A stretch of DNA of 64,000 nucleotides from Eledone cirrhosa. Taxonomy: Eukaryota. Positions 37,516 through 50,452 of the stretch are shown one piece after another; within the stretch, counting starts at the first letter, position 1; each line of letters opens with the position of its first letter. The translations under genes and the position numbers were made by a program. The stretch is from contig OZ024762.1 in assembly GCA_964016885.1 (NCBI GenBank), forward strand, positions 27,838,001 through 27,902,000, in the 5' to 3' direction. The notes under the pieces were generated by a model, which ran no database searches, was not told the DNA's origin, and saw nothing but the letters and a program-made list of their open reading frames with translations.

Positions 37516-39301
37516 CAGAAAAAGGAGGCCTGGAAATGTCATTATGAGAGACTGATGAATGTGGAGAACGAATGGGAGAGAGAGAAATTACCCTCAGTAG
37601 ATCTGACAGAGGGACCAGCTATTGAGATTGATGAATATAGGGTCCAGGAGGTGATTAAGGAAATGAAAAATGGTAAGGCTGCTGGACCGTCGGGGATAGT
37701 TTCTGTGATGCTGAAGGCATCAGGGGACGTAGGCACTAAACTGGTTGCACGCATCATCAATCAGGCTATATATGGTGGTGTCATACCCAATGACTGGTGC
37801 AGCAGTATTCTCATAAATTGCTACAAAGGTAAAGGGGATGTTCTGGAGAGGAGCAATTATAGGGGTATAAAATTGATGGATCAGGTTATGAAAGTGGCAG
37901 AAAGGATATTAGCACAACTAATTAGAGAAAGGGTCAAACTAGATGAGATGCAGTTTGGTTTTGTGCCTGGGAAGAGTACAACAGATGCCCTCTTCTTGGT
38001 GAGACAAATACAAGAGAGGTTCTTAGAGAAGAATAAGCCACTATACTTAGCCTTTGTTGACCTAGAGAAGGCCTTTGATAGGGTACCCCGATCTGTCATC
38101 TGGTGGTCCCTAAGGAAACTAGGTGTTGAGGAATGGCTTGTGATGACAGTGCAAACTTTGTACAGAGGTACTGTCAGTAAAGTCAGGGTAGGAATGGAGT
38201 TTAGTGAGGAATTCCAGATACAAGTAGGAGTACATCAAGGTTCAGTCCTCAGCCCGCTCTTGTTCATTATAGTCTTCCAAGCCATAACAGAGGAGTTTAA
38301 GACTGGCTGTCCATGGGAACTTCTCTATGCTGACGATCTGGTTCTTATAGCAGAACCAGTAGAGGAGCTAGAGAATAAATTCTGGCTATGGAAACAGCAG
38401 TTGGAAGCAAGAGGACTGAGAGTGAACCTAGCTAAGACAAAAGTGTTGATGAGTAGAAAAGAGGACAAAACTCTGATTCCGTCAGGGAAATGGCCATGTT
38501 CGATATGCACAAAAGGAACTGGCATAAATTCTATAAAATGCACACAATGCTGATCCTGGGTACACAAGAGATGTAGTGGGATAGCAGGCAAACTAACAGG
38601 TAGGGAGAAATACGTATGCAGTAGATGTACAGGGAAATTAGACAGTAGAAGTCGCATTGATAGACACATTTTTCAAATGCAGGTGGGTTCTATAGAAGTG
38701 GTGGATAGCTTCCGGTACCTAGGAGATTAGATTAGCATGGGAGGAGGGTGTTCCGAGGCTATAGTATCTAGAATAAGGATGGGTTGGAAGAAGTTTAGGG
38801 AGCTGCTTCCTCTGCTGACAAACAAGGGTTTCTCTCTGCGTACGAAAGGCCGGTTATATGATGCCTGTGTGAGATGCGCGATACTGCATGGTAGTGAGAC
38901 ATGGGCAGCAACTGCAGAGGATATGCGATGGCTGGAGAGAAATGAGGCAAGCATGCACCATTGGATGTGCAGTGTCAATGTGCGTGAACGACCCAGCATG
39001 AATGTGTCTGAGAAACTGTGTCTGAGAGGGATAGAATGTAGTGTGCGAGAGAGGAGACTGAGGTGGTATGGACATGTGATGTGCATGGGGGATGACCAAT
39101 GGGTGAAGAAGTACCAGGAAGTCCCAGTTGAAGGAAGACGTGGTAGAGGTAGACCACGAAAAACATGGGCGGAGGTGGTGAGAACAGACCTCAGATCGCT
39201 GAAGCTCACGGTGGAGATGACGAAGTGGAGAGATGCTGTGCTGAATAAGACCCATCCCACCCTTGCAAGCAGGGAAAAGCAGACGTAAAATGATGATGAT
39301 G
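37512..39301 (+). pseudogene. 5'-truncated RTE LINE (subfamily 1) with in-frame stops; (GAT)n tail
   Basis: ORFs 37555-38553 and 38737-39288 closely match 18100-19865 in the opposite orientation. Confidence 0.92.
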
Positions 39302-39683
39302 AGATATATATATATATATATAAATTTTAGTACAACATAGACGAAGCTCTAGTATACAGCCAAGCTAGCGTGTATGCTTATTCGGTTTGTAGCTTTAGCA
39401 CTCATATGAGGTAAGACCCCAGAGTATAACATTATGTTCAGACAGCTTAGCAAATTAGATATAGCAGAGAGAGAGAGAGAGAGAGAGAATGCTAAAAGGT
39501 TAAACTGACCGTATCTGGCCAGAATTCTCTCACCTCTTTCTGTTCAAAATGGCTGTAACTAGCCAATCATACTGATGTTAAGGTATTGTTCTCAAAATAA
39601 ATAACAAAATCTCATAGATTCGATATGTGTGTCTATGTATGTCTGTGTGTAAACACTTATATCTGTATGTCTGGGCATGTGTC

Positions 39684-39715
<32 letters not shown>

Positions 39716-41169
39716 CACACATCTGTATGCACACATCTGTATGTATATGTCTGTGTATATGTATGTGTGTATGCATGTGTGCGTATGTCTGTACATGTGT
39801 AAGTAGACACAATAGATGTGATAATAAAAGAAGGCTAGGGGCTTGTCTGGACTCCTGGACTACAACAATAGACAATTAGGAATTCATATTATTCAACCAA
39901 CCATTGTGTTTTTGCCCTATGGGTTTGTCAGAGTACACTGACCAACTATTGAAACAACGCCACTTCTCTCCCTACTCCTCTCATCCCCTCACCATGGCCA
40001 GTGAATTGATCTTCTAATTCTCTAAACTTTTTGGGCCACTGTCCCCTTCACGGCCACATAATACCCCCATCGCCTCCAACCCCTATTTCCAGAGAGACCT
40101 GCCTACACAAATTGTAAATAATATAGGCACATGGCTTAGTGGTTAGAGCATTGGCCTTGCAATCGAAAGGTTGTGAGTTCAATTCTCAGACCGGGTGATG
40201 TGTTGTTTCCTTGAGCAAGACACTTTATTTCACATTGCTCCAGTTTACTCAGCTGTAGAAATGAGATGATAGGGACTGGGGTCCATATCATTCCACTGCA
40301 AAGTGGTCATGGAGGTGCCACGGCAAAAAAGCACCCAGCACTCACTGTAAATGAGGTTGGTGTTAGGAAGGGCATCCAGCTGTAGAAATCAAGCCAGAAT
40401 CAGTTCCCGTCCCACCCTTGCAAGCAGGGAAAAGTGGACGTAAAATGAAATGATGAAAATGAATGATGATATAAATAAAATTGTTAATTATAAATAAATA
40501 ATATAATATAGAGTTTCTACTTTTGGCACAAGACCAGCGATTACCCAAGTGCATTACTGGTAATTTATTTTATCAACCCCGTAAGGATGAAAGGTAAAGT
40601 TAACCTCAGCAGATTTGAACTCAGAACACAAAGGGCCATAATTCTATGCTGCAAAGCATGGTGTCTGATGCTCTACCGATACTGCCAAACCACTGCCCTC
40701 AAGATGATACTTTGGATAAATAAATATTATATATTTTTTTTTATTTTACTATATTTATATATATATGTATCATTTGATATTTAATATACTTTTATATCAT
40801 CTCTACCAACCCCTTAGGCCACAGCATGGCTCTGGACCTTCTCAAGGCCCCCAGGGGGTAATAGCGGCCACTTTGAGGACCTGTTCTAAATGGTTACATG
40901 GACTGCTAGAAACAAACAGCTAAATCTCTCTCAAATCACATGCTTGACCATCTCAACCTCTTTATTGCCACATTTCAAATGACAGATGTAACAACCATGC
41001 CAATAGAAGGGATAAGAGGCTGCTTAATTCGCTTAGATATAAAATTTATTTCACTTCAGTTAGAAAAGGAAAAAGGAATATGATTACTACTAATCATAAA
41101 AGTAAAAGTAAGAACAGGATCATTAGAACATCTGACTGATAAAATGACAAGTCAGTCAATCATATTGGT

Positions 41170-41360
41170 GGCCTCCCCACAGCCCCGGTGGACAGAATGG
41201 AGAAGGTGTTTACCCGAAGGACGGAGGACACACTGGAAAAGTCAATCCAGCTCACGCGGCTCACACCTGCGGCTGGCCAGCTCAGCGCCTATGGTGGTGA
41301 GCAGGGAGGTAGCCCTAGGGCCGAGGATTCAGAGTCTCCACTGCCAAGGGTACATCCGCA
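41170..41360 (-). pseudogene. REL-endonuclease C-terminal fragment of a CRE-like retrotransposon
   Basis: Frameshifted VPLAVETL/ILGPRATSLLTTIGAELA..EPRE..LFQ..LRVNTFSILSTG. Confidence 0.6.
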
Positions 41361-41639
41361 GAGGCTGGTTGCATCTCATAGAAGGATCCTCCTCGGGTGT
41401 TTTAATGAAAGGGACCCCAGTACAGTCATGAAAACCAATAGGAAATGAAGTGTCTTGCTCAAGAACACAACGTGTTGTCTGGTCAAGGAATCAAATCCCC
41501 TACAATGTTATAACTGTGAATCCAATAAGGATAACCTCTTAGCCACACACTTCCACAAGGGACTCCATCTTGCTCATGTGTGGGTGTGTGTGTATGTATA
41601 TACATATATATAGAGAGCGAGTGAGATAAATAGATACTT

Positions 41640-42195
41640 ATTGTAATGAGTCGGGACCCTAGTAAAGGTTGGTGTTTATGGATCAGAAGATCCGCCCCCC
41701 CCCCTCTATTATATAGATAGGGACTAGCAGGTGTTAGTGGTTATGAGGAGTTTATGGGTCAGAGGACCTGTTCCTCCGTATATAGATAGCGACTAGCAAA
41801 TGGTAGTTATTAAAGGGCTGAGGGTGAGAGACTCCCTTCCCTACTATATATATAGAGACTAGCAAATGGTGGTTATGAATGGCTGAGTGTAAGAGACCCC
41901 CCCCCCTTCCTGGTTTATAGATAGAGACTAACAAATGTTGGTGGTTATGAAGGGACTGTGAGTCAGAGGGGCCCTCCTCTCTGGTATATATATAGGGACT
42001 AGCAGAGGTTGGTGGTTATGAAGGACTGAGGGTGAAAGGGCTCTCCCCTTTCCGTATAAATATAACAATATATATATATATATATATATTCTAGTAAAAG
42101 TTGGTAGTTATGAAGGGCTTAAGAGTCAGAGGATCCCACTCTCTTAGGGACTAGCAAGTGATGTTGGCTATGAAGGGGTTAAAGGTGAGAAGAGT
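41640..42195. repeat. Degenerate ~70-75-bp tandem repeat (GGGACTAGCA..GGTTATGA core)
   Basis: About 7-8 recurrences of the core. Confidence 0.75.
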
Positions 42196-42448
42196 AATTA
42201 TGTCAAACAGTGTGAATCAAATAGAATCAATGTGTGTATACGAGGGGTGGGGTCTATAGAAATGGGTTATCAATATGACCTTATCAATGTCTCTCTTGTA
42301 CACCTAACATACACATCATTTCCTATTGAACTGAGCTATGTAAAACTCTCTTATTCACCCACTGTCACATCTCCTCCTTCCTACTTAGCATTCTGACAAG
42401 CACCTGCTATGATAGGGATCTGTTTCATGACAATGATGATAATGATGG

Positions 42449-42487
<39 letters not shown>

Positions 42488-43232
42488 GCATTGGGCTTGC
42501 AATCAAAAGGTTGTGAGTTCAATTCTCGGACCGGGTGATGGGTTGTTTCCTTGAGCTTTATTTCACATTGCTCCAGATTACTTTATTTCACATTGCTCCA
42601 GTTTACTCAGCTGTAGAAATGAGATGATAGGACTGGGGACCCTATCTATCTAAAGTGGTCGTGGAGGTGCCACGGCAAAAAAGCACCCAGCCCACACTGT
42701 AAAGTGGAAGTGTAGGTGCCACAGAAAAAAAACCACCCAGCACTCACTGTAAATGAGGTTGGTGTAGAAATCAAGCCCGAATTAGTTCCCGTATGAGCAA
42801 GACATGGAAAATGAACAGTGCATGAGTCATGATATATGTGTGTGTATGTGTACTGAGGGGGGATATCAGGTATATTGTTGCCGAATTTCAGGAAGCATGG
42901 AGGTCCTGGGTTCAATCTGAGGTAACCACAGTATGTAAGGTACTCAATACATAGCAGAGTATAAATATTTAATATAGAAATGGCTTTTACAGGACTAGAA
43001 CTGTTTCATTCTGAAGAATGCTATATATATATGGCCAACTCATGCAAATGTGAAAGAACGGATGTAAAAACGGTGATGATGATGATAGTATCTATATAGT
43101 GTCCTTGGAAGGATGGTTGCAGCGAGATTCGGCAGTGTAACCTGTAGTTTTTGTGGTAGGTGATCACCGCTTAAGGTATTCTCGAAGAACATCCGTCCAG
43201 TTTTACAGAGTAGGTTATCTATGTATGTAAAC

Positions 43233-43420
43233 ACAACCGGTACCTTATATGGAAGGGATATATTAGGTTAACACTTGATATAGCAGGAAGAGGCCCTTAA
43301 CGTTTCGGATGCTAGTCCTTTATCAGAAGAAAGAATGAGAAATAAGATAGATTGATGGGACAGGCGGGTTGGAATTGGAAAAAATGTCTTTAGATAAAAA
43401 TAAGAGATCCATTTATGTTG
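43233..43420 (-). mobile_element. Solo PLE pseudo-LTR with minimal hammerhead (second copy ~48470-48650)
   Basis: Consensus UCUU-CUGAGGA-A GGAC UAGC GUCC-GAAA-CG-UU-AAGA at 43296-43330 and 48538-48573; each copy has a different core mutation. Confidence 0.6.
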
Positions 43421-43479
43421 ACATCTCTTGCAAAACTGCTGGAGCTGGAGTTTTGTGTATGATTTATTTATTAGATATA

Positions 43480-44781
43480 CAGGGTGCAGACGATATTTGT
43501 TCGCAAGATTACGGTCTAGGAAAAAATAACACAGTAGTTTTATTTTTTAAGATATATTTATCAAACTTGTCTTATATTTATCAACTTTGTCTTCATGACT
43601 TGTTCTTTCGATCTCATTCGATAAACCCACCATTGGCTTTGATGACGGCCTCAAGGCGGCCTCGGAACCGGTTACAGGCCTTCGTCACTGTCCCCCGACT
43701 TAGGCCCCTAAAGGCACTTGTGATCCTGGGCTTCAGATCGTCTTTTCTATTGCAGCTAGATCTGTTGGTGTCTCGTTTCACTGCACCCCACACAAAGAAG
43801 TCGAGGGGGTTGCAGTCAGACGAGCTGGGAGGCCAGATGTCAGGTGAAGTGGGGTCGACGAAGTTCTCTGACAGCCAGGCTTGGGTCTTTCGGCTGGTAT
43901 GGCAGGGTGCTGAGTCTTGCTGCCACGCGTACGGCCTATCTGCAGCTACCTGGTCATTCCAGGGCTTTATTAGCTCGCTCAGAAGGCGGATGTAGCCATC
44001 GGTGTTCAGCTTGAGGCCCTCAGGGAAGAAGTGAGGTGGCATGACATCACCTTGACTGCTGACGACACCCAAGACCAATATTGTCGCTGGAAACTGTGTC
44101 TGCATGACTCTGGGAACGTCTTTGGATGAGACAGCGAGCCACCTGTTGTTCTGGGAGTTGATCTTCTGGTCTTGGCAGAAGTTTTTCTCGTCGGAGAAAA
44201 ACCACAGCATGTCTGGCTCCAGTGGGTGTTTCAACTTGTTGATCAGCTTCTTTGCGCGCTTCAGTCATTTTTCTTGCATCGCCTTTGACAGAAATTGTCC
44301 TTTCCTCATGAAACGTAGCGAATGTCTTCATGTAACGCCAGCCTAATGAGCTTTTCATCCACGCCTTTCTCCCTTGCAATGGCACGTATCGACTTGCTAG
44401 GTTCATTGTTGATATCCTGAACTTCAGCGACGAACTCGGGCGTTCTGAAGGCGTCAGATCGTCGATCATGTGTTTTCCTCTCTGATGTTGCTTCGTAGTC
44501 GAATCCTGAATCTTCCAATTCCTTTCTGACCTTTTCCACCATTCTCCTGCTGACGCTGAGAAAGTCTGAAATTTCCTTATTTGTCCTCCCGGTGCGGATT
44601 CCAAGAAGAACTCCGTGTCTCTTCCACAAATTTGGAGGTTCAAAATTATTCATAATCAATTATTCTGAAAAAAAATAATGGAAATATAGTCACTGTTTTT
44701 ATGAAGAGTGACAATGGAAGTAAAAAAAATGTGCAGAAAATTAGCAGTTGAAAATTGTGAACAAATATCATCCACACCCTG
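43480..44781 (-). mobile_element. Tc1/mariner DD37D (maT-family) DNA transposon, full length, inactivated
   Basis: TIRs CAGGGTGCAGACGATATTTGTTCGCAA / CAGGGTGTGGATGATATTTGTTCACAA; TA on the left flank, CA on the right; 1302 bp. Confidence 0.88.
43614..44659 (-). pseudogene. DD37D transposase, frameshifted and with stop near 44265-44310
   Basis: FSDEK, WQQDSAPCH, WPPSSSDCNPLDF; 37 residues between the second and third Asp; HTH-like N-terminus in 44306-44659. Confidence 0.88.
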
Positions 44782-45172
44782 CACATATATATGTATTTGA
44801 ATTTCGTATTTCTAAAGAAATACGGCATGTATATAAATACACATTTAGAAAGCCATAGCTACGAATAACACTAGCAGCCTCCCTCTAATCTCACTATCTC
44901 TTTCTCTCTCTCTCTTCCTCTCAGTAGATCACACACACACACTCCCCACCCCTGTCCTCCCTCACCTCCATTACCCCACCGTCACCACCATCAGCCACTA
45001 TGTAAACATTGCAGAGACAGAGAGAGAGAGAGAGGAAGAAGCTATCTGCAAATCTCTTTTACACCTTAAGCCCTTTCCTCAAAATTCTTCAACTTATCAA
45101 ACTCTACAGATACAAAATTCTGCAAATATATATATGCGTATGTATATATATATATGTGTGTGTGCGTGTGTG

Positions 45173-45207
<35 letters not shown>

Positions 45208-45923
45208 TTGAAGAAAATGACAAACAGGTACAAAAAGTCTTATTCCATACATATATATATATATATACAAATTAAAATGAAGAATTAGAAATAGGACTAT
45301 CCATCATCGATGATCTACTAGCCATCATAGGTATTTCTTTGCATTAAAGACCAGATACCTCAGGCTAGCGTGAACAATAACTAAAATAAGTTATTGGGAT
45401 AATAAGAATTGGGTGGAAAAGGAGAGACAGGTAAACAAACATGAAAGGTGAGGTAACGTAAAGAGAGGAAAAAAATGAGAAAATCAAGTCAATGATTCAT
45501 TTGAACATGAGAACTTGCAAATATTGATGAAAGACACATCTTAACCATGCGAAAGTAAGCGAGGAAAGAATTACGCACGCTGTGGGACGATGGAGGAAGT
45601 GAGAGAGAGGGTGAGTAGCAGAGAGTGAGTGAGTGAAAGTGTGTGGAAGGGGCTTGCCGAGAGAGGGTGACTAGCAGAAGGGGTGAATGAAAGTAAGAGG
45701 GGGAAGGAGAGAGAAAGAGGATAGCAGTAAGGGAAGAGAAAAAGACAGGTCACAGCGAAGGGGAAAGCATATAGGAATGAAAAATGGCGTGCTGTGTTGT
45801 TGCAAATGTGATATACATTATATATAGGAAAAGAGTCAGGACCCGAGCAGCTGAGCTCCTGCCATTTTGACAGCTAGATCCGAGCATATATATATATAGT
45901 TATGTAATAAACAACATAAGATA

Positions 45924-45988
45924 ATTATTTCATTTACCAGTGGTTTCTTGAAGATAGATATTTATGTCTGTCTTCATTCATCAGAAAG

Positions 45989-45994
<6 letters not shown>
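45924..45994 (-). ncRNA. Type I hammerhead ribozyme motif (GUA site)
   Basis: AUUAUUCUUU-CUGAUGA-A UGAAGACAGA..UCUAUCUUCA A-GAAA-CCACUGG-UA-AAUGAAAUAAU. Confidence 0.72.
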
Positions 45995-46079
<85 letters not shown>

Positions 46080-46145
46080 TATACACACATCATCATCATT
46101 TCATTTTACGTCCGCTTTTTCTCTGCTTGCAAGGGTGGGACGGGA

Positions 46146-46216
<71 letters not shown>

Positions 46217-46756
46217 TACACATATATATACATATATACACATATACATACATACATGCATACATACATACATATACATAGATAGATAGATATCTATATC
46301 TATCTATATATATACACACACAATAAATAATTTAAAAAATCTTGGAGATATTAAACATTCTTTACTATATAAACAACTTTGAGATGTAAATTCTTCAAAT
46401 ATAGAAATTCTTAAGATAAATATAGGAATTTGATTTGATTGTCAAAGATATTCTATTACCAAACTGCACTTGGCAGTAATGACTTCTCCATACTAATATA
46501 TTTTGGTCATTTATTCCTTTGCCTCTCTCACCTTGGATATTTCTTCTTCTTCTTCTTCTTCTTCTTCTCCTCCTCCTCCTCCTTCTCCTCCTCCTCCTCC
46601 TCCTCTTTCATTCAAGACTGTTACAACACACCTTATCAACATTTACTATAATATATTTGTCTTCTGAGGAGGTAAACCTTGTTACTTATGGAGTTCTTTT
46701 AATTCATTTGAAATTCTTTCTGTGTATATATTGATTTCTATTATTGATTATTGATT

Positions 46757-47757
46757 TCATCATCATCATCATCTTCGTTTAACGTCCATCTTCCATGCTA
46801 GCATGGATTAGACGGGAGTTGTCCCACTTGAGGCAAGGTTGGTTGAGTGACCATGTCTCGTTCATATAGGACTATCTGGCAGGTTTTCTACGACTGGATG
46901 CCCTTCCTAACACCAACCACATTTACAGTGTGGAACTGGGAACTTTTTACCGTGTTACCTACACGGCCACATTACAGCGTGGACTGTGTGTTTTTTTCAC
47001 GTGACACTTACACGATCTCGATCTCATTATCTCATTTATTTGGACTGGATGTTGTGGTACCAACGTTACAGAGAGAGGGTGGTGTTGGTGGGAGTGGGAG
47101 GATAGGGTAGGGGTAGTGGATTGGGGTGTATATTTGGTTAAGAGGTGCCTACTGACTGTAGGTTTCACTTTGTACATAGGCAAGGCGGGTCTTCTGTATT
47201 ACTGCGTAGCGCCAAAGATCTCGGTCCAGTGACATTGTCTTAGAAAGGTGCAAGTGTGTAAAGTCGGAATTTATCAGATCGTCCCAGGTTTTTCTGGGTC
47301 TGCCTACTCCGTAACTACCATCAATTTTGATCGCCCTGCACTTTTTTTATACAGCTGTCATCTTTCATGCGCATCACGTGGCCATACCAACGTAGTCTTC
47401 TCTCAAGTAAACAGCATCTGATCACTCTTATTCCAAATTTCTCACTTAGTTCATTTATGCTTTGCCATTCACGTATATTACTGTTACACATCCAACAGAG
47501 CATGCATGCTTCGTTCTATTCCAGTGTGCGCAGGTCCTCTGCACGTAATGCCCATGTCTCACTGCCATGTAGCATTGCTGTTCGTATACAAGGATCATAC
47601 AATCTGCTTTTCATTTTTAGAGAGAAACCTTTATTGGCCAATAGTGGTATAAGCTCTCTGAACTTTTTCCATCCCGTTCTGACTCTGGCTACTGTACTTT
47701 CAGAATACCCTCCACCACTGCTGATTTCGTCACCCAGGTAACGGCAAGTGTCTACTA
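46757..47757 (-). mobile_element. RTE subfamily-2 3' fragment including its ~420-nt 3' UTR
   Basis: RLRWYGHVMRM..GRPRKTW homology; UTR ends in (GAT)n at ~46757. Confidence 0.85.
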
Positions 47758-48058
47758 TTATTTATTGATCTATATGTAGGCTGAAATCCTATGTGAATAA
47801 ACTCTGATGATGTCGATTTGGAGCCTATTCCTGATGGTTGAAGTATAAAAACATAGGGGATAAAATTTTAGATAAAAATTTTTTCTTAAGAAAATTCTAA
47901 AATTTCTGATTTTATCCTCTCACATCCTCAGGATGAATCTCTATCGGTTGAAACATGTGTTAACTTGACAACATATATATAACAAGGAGGGTGTGGTAAG
48001 ATACCAGGTGGACCATAACGCACCAGAGTACTCAATACTTAGGGTACTACAGTGGGTA

Positions 48059-48199
48059 ATATGAAAAGATTCAGGACCCTGATGGCTGAGCTCCTGCCAT
48101 TTCAACAACTAGATACAAACTAAGCCACCATGGCTTAGTTCGGATCTAGCTGTCGAAATAGCCGGAGCTCATTGGTTGGGATCCTGAATCTTTTCATAT
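48059..48199. repeat. Fold-back inverted repeat of a pLTR-like family (related to 15155-15293, 17290-17352, 45830-45886)
   Basis: 48059-48127 pairs imperfectly with 48131-48199. Confidence 0.8.
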
Positions 48200-48764
48200 A
48201 TATATATTTATATATATATAATGGCAGTGCCCAGTGTGTTGGCTGGAACATGTAATAGAGTATATATATATAGAGAGAGAGAGAAAGAGGGAGAGAGAGA
48301 GAGGGAGAGATGTTTGTGTGTGTGTATGTATATATAGTTTATTTGAAATATGCACTATTCCATCACAAGTATTAATATCCATTGTGAGATATTTTTAGTT
48401 GTGTCTCATGAGATTCTTTTAATGAAAATATAATAAATATATATATTTATGTAAAGGGTAAATAGAAATAACAACACAATCGGTACAGCATATAGAAGGA
48501 ATATATTAGGTTAACACTTGAAATAGCAGGAAGAGGGTCTTAACGTTTTGGACGCTAGTCCTTCCTCAGAAGAAAGAATGAGAAATTAGACTGGGTGGAA
48601 TTGGAAAAAATGTTTTTAGAGAAAAATAACAGGTCCATTCATGTACGTGGACCTCTCAAATTCGTTGGATATTCAAATTGGATTTTCACCTTGAAACTGG
48701 ATATACACCTGGAGTTTACTTCCATCAGGAAATCTTTTCGTATCACTGATATTTTCTTTGCTTC

Positions 48765-49620
48765 TTCATCATCATCATCATCATCATCGTCATTTAATGT
48801 CTATCTTCCACGCTAGCATGGGTTTAGATAGAAATTGTCCCATGTGAGGCGAGATTGGCTGTCTTGCTCATATCGGACTGTCTGGCAGGTTTTCTATGGC
48901 TGGATGCCCTTCCTAACACCAACCACGTTTACAGTGTGGACTGGAAGGTTTTTACCGTGTTACCTACATGGCCACATTACAGCGTGGACTGTGTGTTTTT
49001 TTGTCGTGACACCTACACGACCTCATTTATTTAGGACTGGATGTTGTGGCACCAACATAACTTTAGGTGTAGATGGGGGTGGGGGTAAGGGTAGTGTGGC
49101 GGTGTATTTTTGGTTAGGAGGTGCCTACTGACTGTAGGTTTTGCTTTGTACTTAGGCAAGGCGGGTCTTCTGTATTACTGCGTAGCGCCAAAGATCTCGG
49201 TCCAGTGACATTGTCTTGAAGAGTTGTAAGTGTGTGAGGTCGGAATTTATCAAGTCGTCCCAGGTTTTTCTGGGTCTACCTACTCCGTAGCTTCCGTCTA
49301 TTTTGATCGCCCTGCACTTTTTTATACAGCTGTCATCTTTCATGTGCATCACGTGGCCATACCAACATAGTCTTCTCTCAAGTAAACAGCATCTGATCAC
49401 TCTTATTCCTAATTTCTCAGTTCATTTATGCTTTGCCATTCACGTATATTACTATTACACATCTAGCGGAGCATGCAAGCTTCATTCCTTTCCAGTCTGC
49501 GCAGATCCTCTGCACACAATGCCCAGGTCTCACTGCCATGTAACATTGCTGTTCGTATGCAGGTATCATACAGCCTGCCTTTCATTTTTAGAGAGAAACC
49601 TTTATTGGCCAATAGTGGTA
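48765..49620 (-). mobile_element. RTE subfamily-2 3' fragment with 3' UTR
   Basis: ORF 49152-49400 ends KTRLA*; same UTR as 46757-47175. Confidence 0.85.
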
Positions 49621-49921
49621 TAAATGGAAACTATATTTATAAAACCATAATTATTTTATTATATATATTTCAAGGGCAGCCAAGGCTTTCTTGGTGCGCT
49701 TTCATCAGATAAAATACAAGATTTGTTTTATAAATATTGACATAACCGTGGAAAAACAACCTTGATGGTGGAAAGTTCAAGGTTGTTTTTCCACGGTTAT
49801 GTTAATATTTATAAAACAAATCTTGTATTTTATCTGATGAAAGCGCACCAAGAATGCCTTGGTTGCTCTTGAAATATATATAATAAAATAATTATGGTTT
49901 TATAAATATAGTTTCCATTTA
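49621..49921. repeat. Fold-back inverted repeat (~145-bp arms) of a PLE pLTR
   Basis: 49621-49765 is the near-perfect reverse complement of 49777-49921. Confidence 0.92.
49826..49890 (+). ncRNA. Type I hammerhead ribozyme (mirror copy 49652-49716, minus strand)
   Basis: UAUUUUAU-CUGAUGA-AAGCGCACCAAG..CUUGGUUGCUCUU-GAAA-UAUAUA-UA-AUAAAAUA. Confidence 0.78.
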
Positions 49922-49933
49922 TTAATATATTGA

Positions 49934-49977
<44 letters not shown>

Positions 49978-50025
49978 GCGTACGTATATATACATATGTA
50001 TATATATATACATGTATATATATAA

Positions 50026-50065
<40 letters not shown>

Positions 50066-50286
50066 CGTTTCTGAATTTGTTTAGCAAGATTCTTTATCTG
50101 AAATCGTGTGTTGAAACCGATATTGTTATACTTTGGGAGGGTCATGTTGCCAATAAGAAACACACGCACCAGTTGCTTTCACTTCAATTTATTATATATT
50201 TATAAATTTACAAATCTACAAACTCATAAATTATAAATTTCTGTTTGGTTGGTTGGTTCCACAACCAGATAGTTGTTTATATATAT

Positions 50287-50331
50287 AGTCATAGTCCTTT
50301 CGTCACACACTCTGTGACTTATTCAGTGACT
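50287..50331 (-). ncRNA. Hammerhead-like motif (core degenerate) in a pLTR spanning ~50064-50395
   Basis: AGUCA-CUGAAUAA-GUCACA GAGUG UGUGAC-GAAA-GGAC-UA-UGACU. Confidence 0.55.
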
Positions 50332-50452
50332 GGGGATTCCTTTCTTCGTTTCTGTGCCTTTTCTTTCTTCTATCCTACGCCATTTTGTTTCTGAAACGGG
50401 GGGTGTATTTTGTTAGAGATGCCTACTGACTGTAGTAGGTTTTACTTTGTAT

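Noticed and set aside
48124-48133. Perfect Kozak GCCACCATGG
   Set aside because: Arises at the apex of a palindrome; no credible ORF follows.
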